Below, in pieces: positions 19,201 to 26,790 of a DNA stretch of 64,000 bases. The stretch is taken from the NCBI GenBank assembly GCA_037444485.1, contig JBBIMI010000003.1, positions 1,461-65,460 on the forward strand, given 5' to 3'. A program made the position numbers and the translations under genes. Below the pieces are notes generated by a model. That model had not been told where the DNA came from. It saw nothing but the letters and a program-made list of their open reading frames with translations, and did not search any database. Source of the DNA: Candidatus Micrarchaeota archaeon (GTDB lineage: Archaea; Micrarchaeota; Micrarchaeia; Norongarragalinales; Norongarragalinaceae). Numbering within the stretch: position 1 is the first letter of the stretch; the number at the start of each line of letters is the position of its first letter.

Positions 19201-19774
19201 CTTGCAAGTAGCCTTCTCGTTCCGCGAGCAGCGAACGCGCTTCCCGCAATTTTTGTTCGACCGAATCCAGTTCAGCGAATGCTTCCTTCTTTTTTTCTTC
19301 GTACTCGGCAACGTTCGCGACGAAGTCGATGTAAGCGCGCCGGTCCTTCGCATTCATTTCCACGATTCGCTGCACATCACCTTGTTTTATCATGTTCTGC
19401 AGCGAAATGCGGTTTTGGGCGAGGAATTCCTCAATAACGTACTTCTTTACTCTCTTGCCGTCGAAAGCATACTTCGTCTTGCCGTCCTTCCGCACGAGCC
19501 GCTTTATTTCGTGTTCTGTCTTCTTTCCTGCTTCGCTTCCCTCCAGCACCACCGCGACTTCAGCGAAATTATGGTTTTTGAAGACTAAGTCACTCGTTTT
19601 CTTCACGCGCATGTTCTTCAGCGACGACTCGCCGAAAGCGAACAATAGAGAATCAATCAAATTGCTTTTCCCGCTGCCATTCGGGCCCACTATAGCGGCG
19701 AATCCGCCGTCGAACTGGACGTTCGCGGTAGGGAAAGACTTAAAGTTTTTCAGCGAAAGCTTTTTGACGCGCAT
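16286..19774 (-). CDS. smc: chromosome segregation protein SMC
   Basis: 1162 aa; N-terminal Walker A FAAIVGPNGSGKSNLIDSLLFAFGE, long coiled coils, hinge, C-terminal LSGGEKSLLALLFLFAL...VLDEADAALD signature/Walker B. Confidence 0.95.
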   Translation of the reverse strand: MRVKKLSLKNFKSFPTANVQFDGGFAAIVGPNGSGKSNLIDSLLFAFGESSLKNMRVKKTSDLVFKNHNFAEVAVVLEGSEAGKKTEHEIKRLVRKDGKTKYAFDGKRVKKYVIEEFLAQNRISLQNMIKQGDVQRIVEMNAKDRRAYIDFVANVAEYEEKKKEAFAELDSVEQKLREARSLLAEREGYLQELKQDRENALKFLELDARVKRLKATLLFVDLKDLEKEFDDIVKTLLDGNSKSEALRKEIAAFEEKIALKQQEIDVINKEIVERSQGKETELQKEIDALNAMITLNLKLVEERKAAISKNEGRKRELALEKQRAADEVKGAATRLKELGQELSAVNKLLGEESAKLNALMKESERFSSGFHEARMVFEQANNEMLAVKEQLAALQAEVSKQEELKRLRENELQRLRTGEGIADFSEKKNALETRLKGEEAAVKELEEKINALFEEEKKANQRIAVLEDLIIASREKIAEKEALLRSAGEGSSKALEVVLQLQEKMRGIHGTLQQLCSYSAKNALPVSVALGSRLNYVVVDDVDTAGKAIEELKKTRAGRVTFIPLTKIQAPPKPDKALLKEKGAVAFIKDLLEYDERFEKAFAFACNNTILFDDLKNAEKLMGVARMVTQEGELVEQSGLVTGGFTQAKVNPFVEARELSEWREKLDQSKREKDEIVERLTRLRQEASELRRRKSEFEIKARTTQLELEHLAAEEEKVFKQHANLSAAVKELQKQIKECDLAVSQGNEKRSELVRKLSDLNIRALEAKQKIDLEKEQRLGFTVRELEKKVSDYKVSASNLENQLKSLEAQKTVFERQLQSILKQENEFNEEVEAAFRDLKRADSEIKAARSALEEKMREQKRLSSALKDLIECREDAQKEVMRLGNDKGKLQFALDKVTRESNEVEVRKAVIETRLSDLKAQYAAFEGVELIQGKNAGDKPQMLVELKNLEERIQALGQINMRAIEQFDKHAKELVEQKERVEQLGNEKQAVIAIITEIEGKKIKTFTQAFDAVNENFKRLFHQIFSGQGELALENPENPFEGGLTMRVQLEGKEAKYLELLSGGEKSLLALLFLFALQSVNPSSIYVLDEADAALDAENSRKLSELLKKLSRSTQFLVVTHNENVYKNAECLIGVAMSKEGSKLVEVKLGEAEPAEAIQVA

Positions 19775-19918
19775 TCTTTTCCAACGCCTTAAAAAAATTT
19801 GAATATCAAGTGGGTTTCCTGCGAATAATTCCGCAAGTAGTTTTTAAGTGGAAAGTATTTTAAGGTTTTGCGGTTGAAAAAAGGCGTTTTAAGAGAATAA
19901 AAAAGTGAAACGCGCGGT

Positions 19919-20284
19919 TTACAACAGTATTCTCGCCATGCAGAGTTTGTCGAAAACCTCGTCAGAACTTATCACTGCGTCGTTGCCGCAGAAAGCCGCA
20001 TGAAAAGCGTAGAAAACATTAATCTTGTAATGCTTGATGAAATGCGCTGCAAGCAAGACCACATTAACATCAACACCTCGAATTTCAGCTGTCTTCGAAA
20101 GGTTTACAACCAATTCTTCAACATCCATTTCAAAACGCTTCGCTAAAAGCATTAACTCCACGACGGTAGCGACCGAAGTCCACAAGCTGCCCTCGTATTT
20201 GCCGTAAATTTTTCCTGCTTTCGACTCTAGCCGATCCGAGTCTTTAAGCAACGCGAGAAAAAAATCGGTGTCTGCGTAAGGCAC
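19919..20284 (-). CDS. vapC: PIN-domain ribonuclease toxin VapC
   Basis: 121 aa, N-terminal ADTDFFLAL (PIN acidic motif), downstream of AbrB-like small ORF. Confidence 0.75.
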   Translation of the reverse strand: MPYADTDFFLALLKDSDRLESKAGKIYGKYEGSLWTSVATVVELMLLAKRFEMDVEELVVNLSKTAEIRGVDVNVVLLAAHFIKHYKINVFYAFHAAFCGNDAVISSDEVFDKLCMARILL

Positions 20285-20342
20285 GCTACCAGCCTCCTAG
20301 TCTCGCGCAACTTCCTTCAATGCTTCATCTCGAATCACTTTC

Positions 20343-20546
20343 TCAAGTTTTTCGAGCGAAAACTTGTACAAGCCACGCCTTTCGGCCCAGAGCCCGCATT
20401 TCTTTCACAGGGTCTTTGGGAACTGGAAACAGTATGATTTCTTTCAGCCCCTTCACGATTATGAACAAGTCGCCGTACTCCTTGACCGCGCTTTGAGAAA
20501 TGCACACTCTCGCCTTCTCATCAACCTTCGCGATACGCGTTTCCAT
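20343..20546 (-). CDS. vapB: AbrB/MazE-type antitoxin VapB (start taken at METRIAK...)
   Basis: 67 aa from internal ATG; RIAKVDEKARVCISQSAVKEYGDLFIIV resembles swapped-hairpin SpoVT/AbrB domain; positioned upstream of vapC. Confidence 0.55.
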   Translation of the reverse strand: METRIAKVDEKARVCISQSAVKEYGDLFIIVKGLKEIILFPVPKDPVKEMRALGRKAWLVQVFARKT

Positions 20547-20637
20547 CCGCCATTCCTCTCTGTGCTCTTTCAACAAACCCACCCAATCCCTTTTAGGTGG
20601 GAAGTTTTAAAATATTGTGGGAAAATATAACTGGGGA

Positions 20638-20757
20638 TTCACGCGAGTTCGAGGAAAACGCTTTCGCCTTGCTTCGACAAAGCGAGAGCAGTCGCACCCG
20701 TCTGCGTCAAAGCCGCATTCAAATCACTTAAAGACAACCTGCTTACTTCAACAACCA
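20638..20757 (-). CDS. micro-ORF, 39 aa (MVVEVSRLSLSDLNAALTQTGATALALSKQGESVFLELA), hypothetical
   Basis: Hand-translated; below ORF-track size cutoff; preceded 15 nt upstream by another micro-ORF with GAGG motifs between. Confidence 0.25.
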
Positions 20758-20772
20758 TTTTCCTCAACCTCA

Positions 20773-20895
20773 ATTAAAGATTAAAGTCGTAGTGCAAGCC
20801 GACGTCGCAATTCAAGCAAAACCCTTCCGCAGTAACGCACCCGCGCGTGAAAACGCGCCCGCAATCCCTGCAAACCATTTCTCCAACTACTATCA
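20773..20895 (-). CDS. micro-ORF, 40 aa zinc-ribbon-like protein (MIVVGEMVCRDCGRVFTRGCVTAEGFCLNCDVGLHYDFNL)
   Basis: Hand-translated; CxxC...C...CxxC cysteine spacing; A/T-rich promoter-like sequence upstream. Confidence 0.3.
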
Positions 20896-20932
20896 TTCTT
20901 TTCGAATTTTTGGATTTTTGAAACCCTTGGGC

Positions 20933-20959
20933 CGGCAGCGCGCGTTAGGCGCGCGCTGC
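20933..20959. other. perfect GC-rich hairpin (GG)CAGCGCGCG-ttagg-CGCGCGCTG(CT)
   Basis: 9-11 bp stem read directly; lies 3' of Lrp gene and 5' of micro-ORF pair; same CAGCGCGCG..CGCGCGC palindrome core recurs in the duplicated 198-bp element. Confidence 0.6.
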
Positions 20960-21096
20960 TGAACTGGATTTCGCAAGACGGTTTATAAGCGGTTTTGCAA
21001 CACCAGCCTGCCGGTGAAATTTTCTTTAGAGGGAGAAAACGCCGTTCACCGGCAGAATACGGGAAGCGCGGTTGGTTTGCGGTTTTTGCGTGAAAG

Positions 21097-21495
21097 TCAG
21101 AGTTCTTCCTTGACTGTGGTGAAGCAGGCGAGAGTGAGCGTTCTCGCGACTCCGGGCAGCGCGCGCAGCTTGTCGATTACGAGTTCCCCGATTTCCTGCA
21201 TCGAAGCGCCGCGCACTTTCAACAGCAAGTCCCACTCACCAGTTATTATGTGCGTTTCGAAAACCCCGGGCAGCAACGAGATTTTGCAGGCGAGCTCGCG
21301 CTGGGAAACAGGGCCTTGGGCGTAAGCGACGAGGATAAAGGCGGTGGACGGTCGCCCAAGCTTTCCGTAGTCAGGCGCTACGGTGAAAAGCTTGATCACA
21401 CCACCTTTCTTCAGCTTGCGAATTCTCTCGTGGACTGTAACGCGGGGAATCCGCGTTTTCTTTGCTATTTCGGTGGTGGTAGCACGAGCAAGCAA
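21097..21495 (-). CDS. Lrp/AsnC family transcriptional regulator
   Basis: 132 aa; N-terminal HTH (TTEIAKKTRIPRVTVHERIRKL), C-terminal RAM domain (FILVAYAQG...THIITGEWDLLLKVR). Confidence 0.85.
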   Translation of the reverse strand: MLARATTTEIAKKTRIPRVTVHERIRKLKKGGVIKLFTVAPDYGKLGRPSTAFILVAYAQGPVSQRELACKISLLPGVFETHIITGEWDLLLKVRGASMQEIGELVIDKLRALPGVARTLTLACFTTVKEEL

Positions 21496-21514
21496 AGAAC
21501 ACGTTTTCAGCCTG

Positions 21515-22039
21515 ATGGAAGACTTTCTGGCGGGAGCGGTAAAGTACGTGAAAAAGGAGTGCCGAGAAGAGCTGAGTGCATTTGGCCGCGAGCTACGCGA
21601 TGTGAAGACGCCTTTCGCTAAGTTTACGACTCACGAGCTGGAAGAAAAGTACGGAAGCTGCTGGGAAGACGCCGCGTCGAGAGAAGTTGAACAGCCGTTT
21701 TGGGCTTTGTGTCACAAGCGCGAGTTTTACGACAAGGAAGACCCGCACGCGCCAGGGCATTACTTGAACTACGACTTGATCTACCCTGAAGGCTTTGGAG
21801 AAGGGCTTTCAGGCGCGGAACGCGAACACGATTACAAAACGATAATCAACAAAATACAAAAAACCGGCTTGAATGAAGCTCACTACGAGCCTTACTTGAA
21901 AACGGCGGAAAAAGGACTTGTCGCTTCCGCCGGAGGCGGCTTCGGAGTCGAACGCTTGGTGCGATTCCTCGCGGGTGCAAAGCACGTCGGCGACGTGCAG
22001 CTGTTCAGGCGGGTTCCGGGAGAAAAAATCGCGGTGTAA
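21515..22039 (+). pseudogene. class IIb aaRS-like fragment (AsnA / AspRS-AsnRS catalytic-core C-terminal ~175 aa only)
   Basis: Ends ...NYDLIYPEGFGEGLSGAEREH...GLVASAGGGFGVERLVRFLAGAKHVGDVQLFRRVP = class II motif 3 region; N-terminal two thirds of an AsnA/AspRS core absent (upstream DNA encodes Lrp on opposite strand). Confidence 0.45.
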
Positions 22040-22045
22040 AAAGCG

Positions 22046-23479
22046 CTAGAGAGACTGCAGGACGCGCTTGAGTTGTTGAACCGTTCCTTCGACGACGCGG
22101 GCGGAGAATTCTTTCTTGAAGCGCATTGCGCTCGCGCGCTCGTGCCCGCCGCCGCTTTCGATTGCGTGCGGCATTTCTTCCTGCAGGCGCAAAATAAAGT
22201 CGTTGGCTTTAAAGCCGAGCGCGTGCGCGCTTTCGCTCACGCGGAAGCTCGCTGAATCTTCGGTATACCCGAAAGTCACGAGAGGCTTTGCATAACGCGC
22301 TTCACCATCGTCGTGAAGCACGTTCACGCACTTGGCTTTCTGCGGAAAAACGCTTTTCTTCACGAAGCCCGAAAGCTTGATGACTTGAATCAGCGCCTTG
22401 CCCGCTTCGACGACGCGGGTCGCCTTGCGAGCGGCGTCGCGCATTTGCTTCAAACGCGCGGTTGCTTTCTTGAATGCGAACTCGCGTTTGTCCGCGTCGA
22501 AAAAGTCTTCATAAACTTTATTCAAATCGATTTTGCCCGAAGAAAAAAATTCGAGCGCGAGCGCCTCGTCAACGCCGCGCCCGCGCGGGGCGAAGCGCGA
22601 GTGGTCTGCGTGCATGGAAGCGAACGCGAGGAGTTCAAGCTGTTTTTCTTCCGAAGCCGGTGCGGCTCGGCGCGCGATTTCGCAGGAAAGCAGTCCAGAA
22701 TTGTAGTCCGAATTCCCAGCGTTAGCGCTTAACGCGAATGGGGAAACAAACAAGTCAACCGAATTTTTTAAATCTTTTGCAGGCGGGTGGTGGTCTACTA
22801 CGATTACGCGCATTGCACTGTGCGCCTGCGAAACGAGGGGAGCGCTTTCCTCGTTGCTCGCGTGGTCCGCAATTATGAGAAGCGGCTTTTTTTCGGGATA
22901 GCCTTGCGCCCATTCGAAGTCGGCAAGCAGGTCGCGTTCTTCATAAAAGTAGGAATCCGCGCTTGAACGAAAAAAATTTTTGTGGAAAGGAATGCCTTTC
23001 AGCGTTGCTAGCGAGAAAACCGCGCGGCGGAACGCCAACGCGGATGCTGTGCCATCCGCATCGTCGTGAAAGCGAATTGTAAGCGGCGTGAGCGTTAACA
23101 CGCTTTCAGCGATTTCGCGCGCTGCTCTCGCGAAGAGCGGTTCAAGTTTTCTGGAAACCGCGTCGTCGACGAAGGGTTTAACTTTGCGGGGCGTAGAGTT
23201 TTTCTCGAGCCACGCGCGCACGCTTTTCTCGACTTCTTTGCCAGCTGGTTGAATTGATTCAGCTTCTATAACGCGTTGCCCGCGTTCTTCAACAACACTT
23301 CCTTCAACTGCGATTGCCTTGCCGACCGCGTAATCCGTCTGCACCGCGAATTGCTTGACTAGAAAGTATTGAAAGTATTCGCCTTGTAGGGAAAGCAGTG
23401 AGTAAGACGGGTTTGAGCCAAGCGTTTTTGCGATTATGACGCCTTCAAGTTTCATGAAGTTCTTCATAAAGTGTTTCAC
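22046..23479 (-). CDS. DHH-superfamily phosphoesterase (RecJ-like/NrnA-like) with N-terminal OB-fold-like region
   Basis: IIADHASN and VVDHHPP (DHH motifs), SGGGHERASAMRF (DHHA1 GGGH motif), 477 aa. Confidence 0.75.
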   Translation of the reverse strand: MKHFMKNFMKLEGVIIAKTLGSNPSYSLLSLQGEYFQYFLVKQFAVQTDYAVGKAIAVEGSVVEERGQRVIEAESIQPAGKEVEKSVRAWLEKNSTPRKVKPFVDDAVSRKLEPLFARAAREIAESVLTLTPLTIRFHDDADGTASALAFRRAVFSLATLKGIPFHKNFFRSSADSYFYEERDLLADFEWAQGYPEKKPLLIIADHASNEESAPLVSQAHSAMRVIVVDHHPPAKDLKNSVDLFVSPFALSANAGNSDYNSGLLSCEIARRAAPASEEKQLELLAFASMHADHSRFAPRGRGVDEALALEFFSSGKIDLNKVYEDFFDADKREFAFKKATARLKQMRDAARKATRVVEAGKALIQVIKLSGFVKKSVFPQKAKCVNVLHDDGEARYAKPLVTFGYTEDSASFRVSESAHALGFKANDFILRLQEEMPHAIESGGGHERASAMRFKKEFSARVVEGTVQQLKRVLQSL

Positions 23480-23515
23480 GAAGTAATAGTTTGCGTAAAC
23501 CAGAATTTTAATTAA

Positions 23516-23569
23516 AGCGTTTCAACCCGTTTCAACCCATTTCAACCTGTTTCAACCCATTTCAACTGC
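23516..23569 (+). promoter_or_regulatory. five tandem 10-bp repeats (G/A)TTTCAACC(C/T) in divergent promoter region
   Basis: gcgtttcaacccgtttcaacccatttcaacctgtttcaacccatttcaactgcg between DHH gene (minus) and trm1 (plus). Confidence 0.6.
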
Positions 23570-23609
23570 GCAGCGTTAACCTTATTTTAATCACTTTCAT
23601 AATTTCTTC

Positions 23610-24773
23610 ATGCCGCTTAAAACAATTCTTGCAAGCGAAGGCAAAGCACGCCTGCTGATTCCAGCGCTAGCGGCAAAAAATCCTTTCCACCAGTCCGCCT
23701 TCTTCAACCCGCGCATGAGTTTTAACCGCTCCCTATCCGCCCTCGCATTCGCAGCTGCTTTTCACTCCGGATACCGCGTCGGGGATGCAGTAGTTTGCGA
23801 CGGGTTATGCGGAGTTGGCGCAAGAGGAATACGTTACGCGCTCGAAGGCGAGGGCGTAAAAAAAATTTTTTTCGTGGATGCGAATCCAACCGCAATCCAA
23901 CTCGCGAAAAAAAACGTTGCATTGAATGGCTTGAAGAAAAAAAGCAAGGTTGTTAAACAAGACCTCAACGCTTTCTTCCTCCAACACCAAAACGAGTTCG
24001 ACTTCATTGAAGTAGACGCGTTCGGCTCGCCCACGCCTTTCCTCGAAAACTCTTTCCGCGGCCTCAAACACTCAGCGATTCTCTCCGTGACAGCAACCGA
24101 CCTCGCTACGAGCGGCGGAAGCAAACCACTGCCGGCAAGAAGACGTTACGACGCGCATCCCTTGCGCTGCGAGTACTCGCATGAAATCGCTGCGCGCATT
24201 CTAGTCGGACGAATAACGCGCACTGCCGCGAGTTTAGACTTCGGAGTAAAACCCCTAGCGACGTTCTACAAAGAACACTTCGTGAAAACGCTTGTTTTCT
24301 GCGAGAAAAGCGCAGAGAAAGCGAATGCGAGCCTTTCATCCCTCGGCTTCGTGAGCCACTGCTTCTCGTGCTTGAACCGCGTCACCGCAAAGAACGCGCA
24401 AGAAAAGTGCGGAGAGTGCGGCGCGTTGTTCCAGCACGCAGGCCCGTTATGGATTTCGCGCGCGAGCGACGCGGTTTTTTTAGACGCGTTGCTTTCGCTA
24501 GCACGCAAAGCAGATTACTTGAAGGAAAAAGAACGAGGCGAACTCGTAAAATTCGTGGAACTACTCGTTGAAGAAAACGACTCGCCGCCAACATTCTTCG
24601 ACTTGCACGCGTTAAGCAAGAAACTGCGCATAGAGTGCCCGAAGAAAAGCGAGGTTGTTCGCGCGCTCGCAGCGCGCGGTTTCCACGTCACTGAAACACA
24701 TTACGCGGGCACGGCAATCAAGACGAACGCGAGCGCGAGAACGCTAAGCGAAGTCCTACTTTCACTGGTTTGA
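23610..24773 (+). CDS. trm1: tRNA (guanine26-N2)-dimethyltransferase Trm1
   Basis: 387 aa; FDFIEVDAFGSPTPFL (DPFGSP-type motif), Cys cluster CFSC...CGECG; overall Trm1 architecture. Confidence 0.85.
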   Translation: MPLKTILASEGKARLLIPALAAKNPFHQSAFFNPRMSFNRSLSALAFAAAFHSGYRVGDAVVCDGLCGVGARGIRYALEGEGVKKIFFVDANPTAIQLAKKNVALNGLKKKSKVVKQDLNAFFLQHQNEFDFIEVDAFGSPTPFLENSFRGLKHSAILSVTATDLATSGGSKPLPARRRYDAHPLRCEYSHEIAARILVGRITRTAASLDFGVKPLATFYKEHFVKTLVFCEKSAEKANASLSSLGFVSHCFSCLNRVTAKNAQEKCGECGALFQHAGPLWISRASDAVFLDALLSLARKADYLKEKERGELVKFVELLVEENDSPPTFFDLHALSKKLRIECPKKSEVVRALAARGFHVTETHYAGTAIKTNASARTLSEVLLSLV

Positions 24774-25091
24774 ATGCGTTGCTTCAATGAAAAAGTTAAG
24801 GAAAAAGTTTGGATTGCTTGCTCGCGCATCCCGCGCGGACGCGTGACGACTTACGCGGAAATAGCGCGCGCAATCGGCGCGCCGCGCGCAGCGCGGGCGG
24901 TCGGCAACGCTTTGAACAAAAGTCCCGGAATGCCTCGCGTGCCCTGCCACCGTGTTGTTCCCTCAAACGGCAAGCTGGGCGGTTTTGCTTTAGGAAGCGC
25001 AAGAAAAAAGAAGTTGCTTGAACGCGAAGGCGTGCGCGTTTCACGCGGCAAAATAATTGATTTCCGGAAAAAGTTTTACCGCTTGCATTAA
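24774..25091 (+). CDS. ogt: methylated-DNA--protein-cysteine methyltransferase (Ogt/MGMT C-terminal domain)
   Basis: PCHRVV active-site motif, TTYAEIARAIG helix; 105 aa. Confidence 0.8.
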   Translation: MRCFNEKVKEKVWIACSRIPRGRVTTYAEIARAIGAPRAARAVGNALNKSPGMPRVPCHRVVPSNGKLGGFALGSARKKKLLEREGVRVSRGKIIDFRKKFYRLH

Positions 25092-25472
25092 ACTAATTCG
25101 AAGTTCAGTTCCTTTCCGCGCGAGTCGAAAACGCGAGTGCTTTTCACTGAAAAAGGCGGGCACGAGATAAAGTGGTAACGCGCAGTGCGCGAAAAGAAAA
25201 GCAAGTCCGCGCGCGAAGGCAGTGCTGGCGGCACGGGATGGCTGTGAAAACTCGCTAGTTCCTTCAAGTTCGCTGGCAAGTGCCACTGCGAAAAACTCGA
25301 GTGAGTGGGTGCGTACTCGCTCAACGGCGGGATGATGACTTCATTCAGCGTAACTCCGCTCTCACTTTCTTCGCCGCGTAAAAGCGCGATAAACTCGTCG
25401 GGAAAAACGTTTTTCGCTCCCTCGAGAACGCTGAAAAAAGCGTTTTTCGTAATCTTTATTACTTTATTCAAT
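25088..25472 (-). CDS. JAB1/MPN/Mov34 (JAMM) metalloprotease, desampylase-like; TTG start inferred
   Basis: E...HSHPVPPALPSRAD = JAMM motif E-x(n)-HxH-x(7)-S-xx-D; N-terminal portion of ORF-track call is translation of an upstream repeat array so start trimmed. Confidence 0.7.
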
Positions 25473-25483
25473 CCAAACCACTT

Positions 25484-25557
25484 GAGTGAAACAATTAAGT
25501 AAAACAATTAAGTGAAATCAAGTAAATAAAAATTGAGTAAAACAATTAAGTGAAATA
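25484..25557 (+). promoter_or_regulatory. tandem direct repeats aacaattaagt(g/a)aaa (3-4 copies) in divergent promoter region
   Basis: gtgaaacaattaagtaaaacaattaagtgaaatcaagtaaataaaaattgagtaaaacaattaagtgaaataacg between JAMM gene and tyrS. Confidence 0.55.
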
Positions 25558-25576
25558 ACGCGGGTTGAAGTATTAA

Positions 25577-26650
25577 GTGGATTTAGAGGAAAAAATAGAG
25601 CTCGCCAAACGCCCGCCGACCGAGGAAATAGTTGTCGAAAACGAGTTGCGCGAGTTATTCGAAACGAATTCAAAGCCGAAACACTACATTGGTTTTGAAG
25701 TAAGCGGCTTGCTGCACGTCGGAACCCTCATTCAAAGCGGTTTCAAGATTCGCGACTTACAGAAGGCAGGCGTTCAATGCACGATTTTTCTCGCTGACTG
25801 GCACAGCGTCATCAACAACAAGCTAGGCGGCGATTGGAACGCCATAAAACAAGCAGCGAAATACTATGCTGAAGCATTCAAGTTTTTTTGTCAAGGCGCG
25901 GAAATCGTTCTCGGAAGCAGCTTGTACGAAAAAACGCTTGACTACTGGGCTGACGTAGTGCGTTTTTCTAAAAACGTTACGCTCGCACGCGACGTGCGTT
26001 GCTTGACGATAATGGGGCGCAGTGAAAGCGACAAGCTCGACTTGGCGCAGTACTTTTACCCTCCAATGCAGGCTGTCGACATTCACGCGCTTGACGTCGA
26101 CATCGCGCACGCGGGAATGGATCAACGCAAGGTGCACATGCTCGCACGCGAAGTCTTTCCGAAACTAGGGTGGAAGCCGTTTGTCGCGCTCCACCACAGC
26201 CTCCTGCCAGGCTTGGCTGAACAGCCTAAAACGCAAGCGCCTGAAAAACGAGGGCAAGTAGTCGCGATGAAAATGAGTAAAAGCAAGCCTTGGACCGCAG
26301 TTTTTGTTCACGACTCGAAGAAAGAAATTGAGGACAAGCTCGCGAAAGCGTACTGCCCCCAGCGCATTACCGAAAACAATCCTGTTCTCGAGTTCGCGCG
26401 GCAACTGGTTTTCCACGAGTTCAAAGAACTACGCGTCGAGCGTCCAACAAAATTCGGCGGCGACGTTGATTACGCTTCCTTCGCGGAATTGCAGAAAGAT
26501 TTTGTTGAAGGTAAACTGCACCCGATGGACTTGAAGAAAGCAGTTGCAGGCTCGCTCGACAAGATAATCGCGCCGGTTCGCGCGCACTTCGAAAAACCGG
26601 AATTCAAGAAGCTGCTTGAAGTATACAAGAACGTTGAAATAACGCGTTAA
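25577..26650 (+). CDS. tyrS: tyrosyl-tRNA synthetase (archaeal type)
   Basis: Close match in pattern to M. jannaschii TyrRS: HYIGFEVSG, QRKVHMLAREV, KMSKSKP, KAYCP, NPVLEFARQLVF, ERPTKFGGDVDY, KLHPMDLKKAVA. Confidence 0.9.
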   Translation: MDLEEKIELAKRPPTEEIVVENELRELFETNSKPKHYIGFEVSGLLHVGTLIQSGFKIRDLQKAGVQCTIFLADWHSVINNKLGGDWNAIKQAAKYYAEAFKFFCQGAEIVLGSSLYEKTLDYWADVVRFSKNVTLARDVRCLTIMGRSESDKLDLAQYFYPPMQAVDIHALDVDIAHAGMDQRKVHMLAREVFPKLGWKPFVALHHSLLPGLAEQPKTQAPEKRGQVVAMKMSKSKPWTAVFVHDSKKEIEDKLAKAYCPQRITENNPVLEFARQLVFHEFKELRVERPTKFGGDVDYASFAELQKDFVEGKLHPMDLKKAVAGSLDKIIAPVRAHFEKPEFKKLLEVYKNVEITR

Positions 26651-26750
26651 AAACGTTGAAGAATGCATTAAAAACTTTGAAATAACGCGTTAAAACACGT
26701 AATAAAAATAAACGCGTAAAGAAAGCTTGCCGTCAAACCCCAAAACATTT

Positions 26751-26790
26751 AATTCCCTCAAAAACGTTTAAATTCCCTCAAAAACGTTTA
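26751..26790 (+). repeat. 2 x 20-bp direct repeat aattccctcaaaaacgttta
   Basis: read directly in 680-bp non-coding interval downstream of tyrS. Confidence 0.7.

Noticed and set aside
16530-19802. Numerous 60-210-aa plus-strand ORFs across 16.5-19.8 kb
   Set aside because: All are antisense to the 1162-aa SMC gene, Ser/Phe/Cys-rich with no motifs; typical antisense artefacts of a coiled-coil gene.
21014-21621. Plus-strand ORFs 21014..21325 and 21250..21621
   Set aside because: Antisense to the Lrp/AsnC gene, which has a clear HTH and RAM domain.
23516-23569. Five evenly spaced 10-bp direct repeats could be mistaken for a CRISPR array
   Set aside because: Repeats are only 10 bp and abut each other with no spacers; no cas genes nearby. 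Interpreted as a promoter-region tandem repeat.
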